Positions 9,232 through 17,500 of a stretch of 58,455 bases of DNA are shown piece by piece. Under the pieces are notes generated by a model. That model was not told the DNA's origin and did no database searches. It worked only from the letters and a program-made list of their open reading frames with translations. Both the position numbers and the translations under genes were made by a program. The stretch comes from an uncultured Chthoniobacterales bacterium (GTDB taxonomy: Bacteria > Verrucomicrobiota > Verrucomicrobiia > Chthoniobacterales > CALDSX01). The stretch spans positions 1 through 58,455 of the forward strand of contig CAZZCL010000007.1 in NCBI GenBank assembly GCA_964652295.1, read 5' to 3'. Numbering within the stretch: the stretch's first letter is position 1; the number at the start of each line of letters is the position of its first letter.

Positions 9232-10898
9232 TGATACCACATTCCCACGCCCATCCCTTTCCTCGTCCGGGGATGATTCACTCCCCCTCTGGCGGCCAGG
9301 CTCACCGAAAGCATGGCTCCGCAGGTGCCGGACCACTCGCCGCCGCCCTTTTTAGCGTCCTTCTCGCGGGCGGGCCGTCTCCGGCCCACGCAGACGAGTC
9401 CGCAGCGGCCAAGGATCGGCGCCCCAACATTCTCTTCATCCTCGCCGATGATCATGGGACCGGTTCGATCGGTGCCTACGGCAGGAGCCTAGTGCCCACC
9501 CCGAATCTCGACCGCATCGCCAGCGAGGGAGCCATATTTCTCAGCAATACCACCGCAAACTCCATCTGCGGCCCCAGTCGCGCTTCCATCGTGACCGGAC
9601 AGCACGCCAGTCGCCACGGCGTCATCGGCAACCAGGTTCCCTTCGATAACTCTCAGTGGACTTTTCCGCAGTCGCTCCTGGAGGCAGGCTACCGAACAGC
9701 ATTGTTCGGAAAGTGGCACCTCTATTCCCGTCCCGAGGGCTATGAGACCATGGCGGTCAACGGTGGCTACGGTGGCCAGGGGGAATATTACAACCCGGTC
9801 TTCACGGATGCCCATGAGGAGCACACCCCGCACCATGGCCACAGCACTGAGATCATCACCGACTTGGCCATCCATTGGATGAAAAAAAACGAAGGAAGCA
9901 AGCAGCCATTCCTCGTTTCCATTCACTACAAAGCTCCTCACGGACGCTGGGAGCCATCCCCGGAAACGCTCCCGCTTTTCGCCGACGCCCCACTGCCGGA
10001 ACCTCCCGACTTGATCGATACAAATCTTGACCCCGCGTTGGCTCTGGCGAGGTTCCCAAACCGTCCGCGTATCGCCAAGCTTGCCGAAGCCGCCCATCTC
10101 TTTCTGGGGAAATCCCAGACGAGCCCGGTCCATTTCCCACCGAAAATGACCGACGATCAGAAGCCGACGTGGATTGCCGCCTATGGCAGCGAAAATGTGG
10201 ATCACCTGTCCGATCCGCCCGCATCCGAGGAAGACCGCATCCGTTGGAACTATCAACGCCTTATCAAAAACTACCTTCGCACGGTGGCCGGACTCGATCA
10301 ACAGGTCGGACGCATCCTTGCGGAACTCGAACACCTCGGACTCGCGGAAAATACCATCGTGATCTACGCGGGCGATCACGGGTTCTACATGGGCGACCGC
10401 GGGCTCTACAACAAGATGTGGAGCTATGAACCCGGCCTCCTGATGCCCTGCCTCATGCGCTGGCCCGGCCACATCGCCCCGGGCACACGGATCGACGCGC
10501 TGACTCAGAACATCGACTTTGCGCCCACCATCCTCGAAGCCGCCGGACTTCCCGTTCCAGATTCCGTGCAGGGTCACAGTTGGCTGCCCCTGTTCTCCGG
10601 GCAGACTCCCCCGGATTGGCGCGATTCGCTCTACTACGGATACCTTACCGATTACGGAGCACCAAAACACGAGGCCATCCGCACGAAGGATTGGAAACTC
10701 ATCCGCTTCCCAACCTTGGGAACCACTGAAATGTATCATCTCGCCAACGACCCTCGCGAACAACGCAACCTCGCCAACGATCCGAACCTCGCCACCCAGC
10801 GCGAAAAGCTCGAAACTCAACTCGCGCAGCTGCGCACCAAAACCGGGCACGATAACTTTTTTGACCAGCAGCCAACAACCCAGGCTGAAGACCGCTGA
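9228..10898 (+). CDS. Secreted Cys-type sulfatase
   Basis: ATGA overlap with the upstream gene. A hydrophobic leader ends ...AAALFSVLLAGGPSPAHA. Motifs NILFILADDHG and CGPSRASIVTGQ are present. Confidence 0.85.
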   Translation: MMIPHSHAHPFPRPGMIHSPSGGQAHRKHGSAGAGPLAAALFSVLLAGGPSPAHADESAAAKDRRPNILFILADDHGTGSIGAYGRSLVPTPNLDRIASEGAIFLSNTTANSICGPSRASIVTGQHASRHGVIGNQVPFDNSQWTFPQSLLEAGYRTALFGKWHLYSRPEGYETMAVNGGYGGQGEYYNPVFTDAHEEHTPHHGHSTEIITDLAIHWMKKNEGSKQPFLVSIHYKAPHGRWEPSPETLPLFADAPLPEPPDLIDTNLDPALALARFPNRPRIAKLAEAAHLFLGKSQTSPVHFPPKMTDDQKPTWIAAYGSENVDHLSDPPASEEDRIRWNYQRLIKNYLRTVAGLDQQVGRILAELEHLGLAENTIVIYAGDHGFYMGDRGLYNKMWSYEPGLLMPCLMRWPGHIAPGTRIDALTQNIDFAPTILEAAGLPVPDSVQGHSWLPLFSGQTPPDWRDSLYYGYLTDYGAPKHEAIRTKDWKLIRFPTLGTTEMYHLANDPREQRNLANDPNLATQREKLETQLAQLRTKTGHDNFFDQQPTTQAEDR

Positions 10899-11020
10899 AA
10901 TCCGACATCTCACTCTGGACTTCGCGTCCCAGGCTGGACGCTCCGTTGTGCAACAAGATCACTTGGAAATCCCCGCCATCACCTTCTTAGGAAATGCGGC
11001 ACACGAATAATTGCCATATT

Positions 11021-11049
11021 GTAAATACATTAGCGATTCCCCCCATCCC
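11021..11049 (+). promoter_or_regulatory. GTAAATACA box plus C-rich box (ATTCCCCCCATCCC) upstream of the propeller gene
   Basis: The identical 9-mer GTAAATACA recurs at 14570-14578, followed there by ATGTTCCCCCGCATAC. Both copies sit directly upstream of large secreted-protein genes, in AT-rich patches of an otherwise GC-rich window. Confidence 0.3.
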
Positions 11050-11091
11050 TTGAAACGTAAGTCCTCCCGGCCACTCCCTCCCCTTCATTTC

Positions 11092-14000
11092 ATGAGAAAT
11101 AATGTCAATCAAACCGTGCCAACGACCGTCTCTGGCTCTGCGTCCCATACTATCTTGGCGACGGTCGCGCTCGCTCTGTTCGGGTGGGTAGGCGGAGTCC
11201 TTGCGGCTCCGGCTGAATCAGGAAGTGCTCACAATGGCTTGAATGGGGGAGTTGCCTGCTATGTGGGTGCGGAGCACGCCGAAGAGGCTCTCAAACTGGC
11301 CAGGAATGAAAACTGGGTCGTCCACCTGCTCGATACAGATCGCACCAAGGTCGAAGCCATGTCCCGTCAAGCACTCGATGCGGGCCTTATCGGTAAAAAC
11401 ATCTACGTGGAAACATGGAATGGCAAGACCCTCCCTCACGCCGACCACTTGGTCACGACCCTCATGGCCAAAGCGGGAGCGGTGACCAGCGAAGAAGCAT
11501 TACGAGTGATCACTCCGATCCGGGGCGTGGCATCCATTGGCGACCAGACCCTCACCAAGCCCCTGCCGGAGGGTTCCGACGACTGGACGCACAGGATGCA
11601 TGGTCCCGACAACAATCCGGTTTCCGAGGATACGGCCTTCCAGTTGCCGTTTCTCCACCAGTTCGTGGTTCCCCCCAGGGCAAACAGCCTCAATGGTTCC
11701 TTGGTTGTCAGCAACGGAAGGCGCTTCGAACTCACAGATTGGGGACTGAAAAAGACGGATCGTGCCAACATTAGCGGGTGGCTTACGGCCCGTGACGCCT
11801 ACAATGGACAGGTCCTGTGGCGGCGGCGGTTGCCGGAAAAAATCGAGACCGATCGTCAGAACTCCGTTGCCGTCGGGGACCGCTTTTACCTCACCGCCGA
11901 CGACCGGCCCGCAGTGCTGGTTTTCGATGCCGAGACTGGAAACGAGTTGCCCGAGACCGTAGTATCACCGGATCCCGCCCAACGCATCCACTGGATGGGG
12001 ATCGAGAATGGACGGCTCTACGCGCTGCTCGGGCCCGAGATGGAGGTGAGAGGCAACGCGTTCGCGCTCGCCAATCAGCTCGCCCGCTTCAATCAGGCCT
12101 TCTCCGGCAAGGCCGTTGCCTGCTACGATCTCACCCAAGGGAGGCTCCTCTGGACCCATAAAGAGCCTGAAGGCACCATCGACTACCGCACGGTCGGGGT
12201 CCGCGACGGCGCAACGTATTTTTACACCGAAAACACCCGGCTGGCCAAACTCAATGCCAACGGTCAGGTCGAATGGGAAAATCGTGACGCATGGATCGGC
12301 GACCTCGAACGCAATCCCAAGCATCATGGGGCCAATTCCGCCGGTGTTTCCACGCTGCTCATCGGCCCGACGGGTCAGCTCCGGCTCAGTTTGCACGCCG
12401 TGGACGACTCCTATATCTTCGACACCACCTCCGGCAAGCTCCTCTGGCAAGTCCCCGAGGGCCGACGCACCTCGGCGACCAAGTGCTTGCTGGTGGATGG
12501 CAAAGTCGTGCAGGGCAGTGTGGCCTTCGACGCCACCTCCGGGGATGTCCTTGCGGAAGGTCAGGAGGTTCGCGAAGGAGGAGGGTGCGGAGTCATCTCA
12601 TGGGTCCCGGGTGCGGCCAAGGCCATCGGTCACCTCCACTTCGGAGTGAAGTCGCCTTGCGGGCAGCCGATCTTTGCGGCCGGCGGCATGCTGCACCAGG
12701 CCTCTTCGTTTTGCGATTGCCCGGGCCCCGTTCGTGGCGCGGCCGCACTCGCCCCGGGCGGGAAGGTTCTCGCCCAAATTGCCGCCACTGCAGAGCACCC
12801 TCTCGAAACCGGCGATGCGCCGAGTCCCACATTGAAAGCGGGGTCTGGAGACTGGTCGCAATTCCGCTCCAATCCCGAGCGCCAGAGCCATGCCACCACT
12901 CAAGTTCCAGCCCAAGGCAAGATCGCATGGATCTCGACTGAAACCAACCCGCTCCTAGTGCCGGAAGGGCACAACATGCACCGCTTCGAGTGGCTGGACC
13001 GCCCGACGCCTCCGGTCACCGCAGGGGGGTTGGTCTTCCATGGTGGCAGCGACGGAGTCGTCAAGGCCACGCGAATCTCCGATGGCTCTCGCGCATGGTC
13101 CTACGCCACCGCAGGGCCGATTCTCAGCTCGCCCGCATTTGAAGGTGGCCGTCTCTTCGTTGGATCGGGCGACGGTTGGCTCTATTGTTTGGATGCCGCC
13201 ACAGGCAAACTGGCCTGGCGCTACCGCGGAGCCCCCGTCGAGCGGCGCATGATGTGGAACGGCAAACTCTCCAGCAACTGGCCCATTACGAGCATGGTTC
13301 TGCGCGACGGAAAGGTCTACGCCGTTGCCGGCATGCTCAAACAGAGCGGGGTGCATCTTTTCTCCCTCAACGCTGTGGATGGGAAAACCGTGTGGAGCCA
13401 ATGGTCCGAACCCAGCTTCGACGCCGACGAGGCTGCGGAAGGCGGTGAGCCCACCGAACCTGCGGCACCTCCGGCCCATGGCTACGCTCCGAGCGGAACA
13501 ATGGCTCTCAATGGCGACGTTCTTTGGGTTCGGGACTTCATGGGTATTCCGACCCTTTTTAACGCGGCCACCGGAGAGCGGATTCTGCCACCCAGGTCTC
13601 TCGAAGCCGCTGTTGCCAAGCACTACCACCGCATGTGGATGCGGAATCCTGGCAAGGACACCGTCGTCATCGACGCCGACCTCGTCCTCCAGGGAGGGAT
13701 GCACCTCGCCGCCAACCCCGATGAAAGGCGCGATAAATCTACCCTCGGCTTCTTCGCATGGCGGGTTGACGAAAGCGGGAACGCCCCCGGCCTGCCATAC
13801 CCATTCGAAGCTCCACCTCAGGGAACTATTCCTCCGTCGCTCGACCAAAGCGACATCCTCATGGTGGGCGGCCACCTGCCTTCCGAAAAACGCGTCACCT
13901 CGCGGAATGACAGCCTGGATACTCTAGGGGTCAGCCTCTGGTCGCTGCCGGTCTGGCGGCAGGAAATGGAGGACAGCACCATCGCAGAAAGTCGAAACAA

Positions 14001-14355
14001 AGCCAAAGGCCCGAAAAAGGGCAACGAGGACCCTTACTCGGTCAGCAAAAAGTGGAAACCCATCGACTTCGCCAAAGCATCGTGGTCGAAGCCGGATATC
14101 GACGCAAGCGCGGTGGTCCTTGGTGCGGACGCAGCTCTGGTGGCTCATGGTATCGCGGCCAAACAAAAAACCAAATCCGGGCTCTTCCCACCCTACGAAA
14201 CCTGGAAACTATCCGCCTTCGATCGCAAAACCGGCCAGGAGAGATGGACGGTCGATCTGCCGGGTGAACCCATCTTTGACGGAATAGCCCCCGCTGCGGA
14301 CGGATCCTGGGTGGTCGCTCTCCGCGATGGCTCAATCGCCTGCGTAAAACAGTAA
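11092..14355 (+). CDS. Large secreted PQQ-like beta-propeller repeat protein with a degenerate methyltransferase-like N-domain
   Basis: ORF 11011..14355 (TTG start) trimmed to ATG 11092. Signal anchor ILATVALALFGWVGGVLAAPA. PQQ/BamB-like repeats include GGLVFHGGSDGVVKATRISDGSRAWSY and LFVGSGDGWLYCLDAATGKLAWRY. The N-region GGVACYVGAEHAEEALKLARNENWVVHLLDTD resembles a class I MTase fold without a clean GxGxG motif. Confidence 0.6.
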   Translation: MRNNVNQTVPTTVSGSASHTILATVALALFGWVGGVLAAPAESGSAHNGLNGGVACYVGAEHAEEALKLARNENWVVHLLDTDRTKVEAMSRQALDAGLIGKNIYVETWNGKTLPHADHLVTTLMAKAGAVTSEEALRVITPIRGVASIGDQTLTKPLPEGSDDWTHRMHGPDNNPVSEDTAFQLPFLHQFVVPPRANSLNGSLVVSNGRRFELTDWGLKKTDRANISGWLTARDAYNGQVLWRRRLPEKIETDRQNSVAVGDRFYLTADDRPAVLVFDAETGNELPETVVSPDPAQRIHWMGIENGRLYALLGPEMEVRGNAFALANQLARFNQAFSGKAVACYDLTQGRLLWTHKEPEGTIDYRTVGVRDGATYFYTENTRLAKLNANGQVEWENRDAWIGDLERNPKHHGANSAGVSTLLIGPTGQLRLSLHAVDDSYIFDTTSGKLLWQVPEGRRTSATKCLLVDGKVVQGSVAFDATSGDVLAEGQEVREGGGCGVISWVPGAAKAIGHLHFGVKSPCGQPIFAAGGMLHQASSFCDCPGPVRGAAALAPGGKVLAQIAATAEHPLETGDAPSPTLKAGSGDWSQFRSNPERQSHATTQVPAQGKIAWISTETNPLLVPEGHNMHRFEWLDRPTPPVTAGGLVFHGGSDGVVKATRISDGSRAWSYATAGPILSSPAFEGGRLFVGSGDGWLYCLDAATGKLAWRYRGAPVERRMMWNGKLSSNWPITSMVLRDGKVYAVAGMLKQSGVHLFSLNAVDGKTVWSQWSEPSFDADEAAEGGEPTEPAAPPAHGYAPSGTMALNGDVLWVRDFMGIPTLFNAATGERILPPRSLEAAVAKHYHRMWMRNPGKDTVVIDADLVLQGGMHLAANPDERRDKSTLGFFAWRVDESGNAPGLPYPFEAPPQGTIPPSLDQSDILMVGGHLPSEKRVTSRNDSLDTLGVSLWSLPVWRQEMEDSTIAESRNKAKGPKKGNEDPYSVSKKWKPIDFAKASWSKPDIDASAVVLGADAALVAHGIAAKQKTKSGLFPPYETWKLSAFDRKTGQERWTVDLPGEPIFDGIAPAADGSWVVALRDGSIACVKQ

Positions 14356-14569
14356 GACTGAATGTTCCAAGCCCAAGTCAGGATCCATGCAAAGGCATCC
14401 AGGCCATTTCCATCCCCCTCTTTGAGGCCAAAGGGACTTTCTCCAACACCTGCCCGAATGACGGTCAGACTGGAAGTCCATAGAAGTGACACAACATGCA
14501 ACAGGATAACCTTGAAATGCCACATTCACAGGCTCCGCAGGGTTGCGGAGCGAGAATGAAGTATTCATA

Positions 14570-14596
14570 GTAAATACAAGATGTTCCCCCGCATAC
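14570..14596 (+). promoter_or_regulatory. GTAAATACA box immediately upstream of, and C-rich box overlapping, the start of the giant pseudopilin gene
   Basis: GTAAATACA at 14570-14578 lies 2 nt before ATG 14581. ATGTTCCCCCGCATAC matches the C-rich boxes at 11036-11049 and 42778-42800. Confidence 0.3.
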
Positions 14597-17500
14597 TAGA
14601 GAAAAGACTCCCCCTTTCCCGGTCGTCCCGACTTCCGGGACCGCTTGATGTTTCTCCATTCAGACAAGGTTTCACCCTTGTTGCGGTGCTTGCTATTCTG
14701 GCACTCCTGATGGTGTTGATCCTGTCGATTTCGGCCGTGACACGCGTCGAAACTCGTGCGAGTGCCTCGGCGAAGAACCTGCTCATCGCCCGCAACAATG
14801 CGATCATTGGCCTCCAGACCGCCATCGGCCAGCTCCAGCTCTATGCGGGCAAAGACCAGGCGGTCACTTTCCCTGCGACCACGTTCTACCCAACGAAGGA
14901 TATCAACCTCCCCGCTGCCTCCTATCCGGCCCAGGGCCGCGGTGAACTCTTCGACGATGGGACCTTCGGATACCGGCAGTTTGCCCAGACGAGCAACCAA
15001 CGCAGCTACCTTGATCAAGTCGAGACCTACCTGACCCCCAATGAGCGCGAAAACTGGGATACGGCGCTGCAGGTCTATTGGAACGCAAACAAGCACCCAC
15101 ACTGGGTAGGCGTCATGGACTCCTCCCTCCGCGTGGATCGTGCCAGGGATCCGAACGCCCAGCCCGGGGTGCTGCCTCCCCAGCGTTACGAACTCCTTGG
15201 GAATAACACAAAGTTTGGCGAACCCAAGCGCGACCAAATTCCTGTTTGGCTCGTGAGCGGGAACGAACGCTTCCTTATTGACCAGGAGTCCGGCCAAGTA
15301 ACCGGCGCAGACGGCAGCGTAGTGGCCACCAACGAATATCCGGTAGATTACCAGACCCCTTTGACTGACATTCCCAACCCGGCACCTGACAACAATGCCG
15401 TCTGGCTGGTGGGAGAGGGAAGCGCGACGGTCGCGAGCGATTCCTCAGACGGACTCGACGGACGGGTCAAAGTTCGCAAGCAAGAGATCAAACCGGACGC
15501 GCAATCCACCACCAGGCCGATCGGCCACTATGCCTACTGGATCGGCGACGAGTCCACCAAGGCAAACTTTGCCGCCCGCGATCCCTATACCAACGCCTCG
15601 CCGGGCAGCGTCGAATACCGCAACCGGCTCCAGTCCCCCCAGCGCATTGGCTGGGAGAACATCACCGGGTTTGATTCCGCCACATTCAACGCAAATGACG
15701 CCCGGCTCCTGAATGTTTCGTCATCCCGGGATATCGCCCTCCTGGAAGCCACGAATACTGAGGAAATTCAGGATGCCGCCCAGGGGAACTTCCACCACCT
15801 CACCGCCCACTCGAAATCCCTGCTGACCGATGCGGTCCTTGGCGGCCTGAAAAGCGATCTCACCCGTTTCCTGGCAGGGGGAGCCGGTCCCTCCCAGACT
15901 GATCCGATCGCCGATCCTGCGCGCTATACGGTGTCCGATGCGCGCTTCCGCGCTTGGGGGGGCAGCAACGACGGCTTCCCAAACACTGGTGCGACCGCTC
16001 TCGACGGCATCCCGACCTGGGGCCAGGTTAAGGATTGGTATGACCGCGCCGCCGCAGGCACGGGCGGGAGTATTTCTCCCGACCCCGACGCGGGCATCGG
16101 GCCGGTGCTGACATATCTCATGTTCAACGCCGGTTGGTCTTACCATGAGGCCTCCCGGCGAATCCGTTGGCACTGGATGCCCTGTCTCGTGCTCTGGAAC
16201 CCCTTCGACGTGCCCCTGGTCCCCGCTACCTACGAAATCGAACTCGAGTTCTCCCCCGAGCTGGAAAAAGGCTTCGTCGTCAAGGAAAACCCTTCCCTCG
16301 CGGAGTTGCAGCTTCAGGCCGGTGCGGACTGGCGCCCCGATCCCAGTCCCGCCACCGACGAAAATGGGGACGGTGATCCGGCCAACGACTGGCTCTTCAA
16401 AAATAGGGCAGGCAACGACCAAGTCCGGCGGAATCCCGCCAATGCTGACACGACCAATATCACCCCGGAACTTGAAGTGGCCGACGGCGATCTGGCAGAC
16501 GGCGTGACCGATGCCTTTGGGCATCTCTATTATCGCTTAGCAAACCCCGGAGACCCCGATATTCACGTCTCCTACCACAACCCGCCCGGGCCCAGCGGTG
16601 CTCTGGGCCCGACGGGTAGCCGCGCGACCGCCACCCGGCTGGTACCGCACCATGATGCAACCAATTCGGGCTCCAAACGCCCCATCAAGAGAACGATGCA
16701 GTTCCAGCTGACATCAGGATTCTCTGCGGGGGAAGCCTTGGTATTCTCGCTGCCGGCTCAGCAGCAGTGGACTAAGGGAGCCCCCATTCCTCTTGTCAAC
16801 GACTACGTGGCCAATGATCCCAAAGACATGTGGTTTGACGTCCTGGAAGTTGTCAACGGGCCGGCCTCGGCTGAGGCGGATGGCCTGAAATGGATGTTTT
16901 ACAGCGGAGCTACCGGCTTCTCGAACCCCAAGGTCACCATCACGGTGGCTGGACACGCAGTACCCCTTTTTGAGACCGAGGCTTTTGGCGACGTGGGCAG
17001 CAAAAATCCGTGGGACGACCACGCGCTGGGTGAAGACTACCACAACTGGCGAGATGCCAACAAGACTGGCGACGCGGACGGCGATGGAGTTCTGAACGAT
17101 CCGCAACTCGGGGGTGGGGAGCCGATGCCGAAGTTTCTTCAGAATTGGCGACCGCTCTACGATTTTTCCAACTTTGCGGCCAATGTGGTGACCGATTCCG
17201 GCAGGGCGACCCAAGCTTCCAACTGGGGATTTTCTCGCACTTGGATCCAGCCCCTGACCGGGGAAACCGGAGGCTCCATCCAAGAAAGGAATCTCCATCG
17301 ATTTGCTCCGGTGATGAGCCGTTCCAACTTTGCGGCCAGCTATCAGGACCTCCACCCTTTGGTGGAGGCCTTTCGTAATAGGAATGATGATTCGAACTAC
17401 AACCACCTCGGGCAGGAGGATGGCCTGTCCCAGTTTTTCAACACGAGATTCTCTGGAGGCAGTGGGGATAAGTATGTGCAGTGGGACGAGGAGCAGACCG

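Noticed and set aside
14362-14559. A 65-aa ORF in the intergenic region before the cassette, and a 7-bp hairpin CTCCGCA-GGGT-TGCGGAG at 14533-14550.
   Set aside because: The ORF has no coding bias or motif. The hairpin has no T-tract, so calling it a terminator is unsupported.
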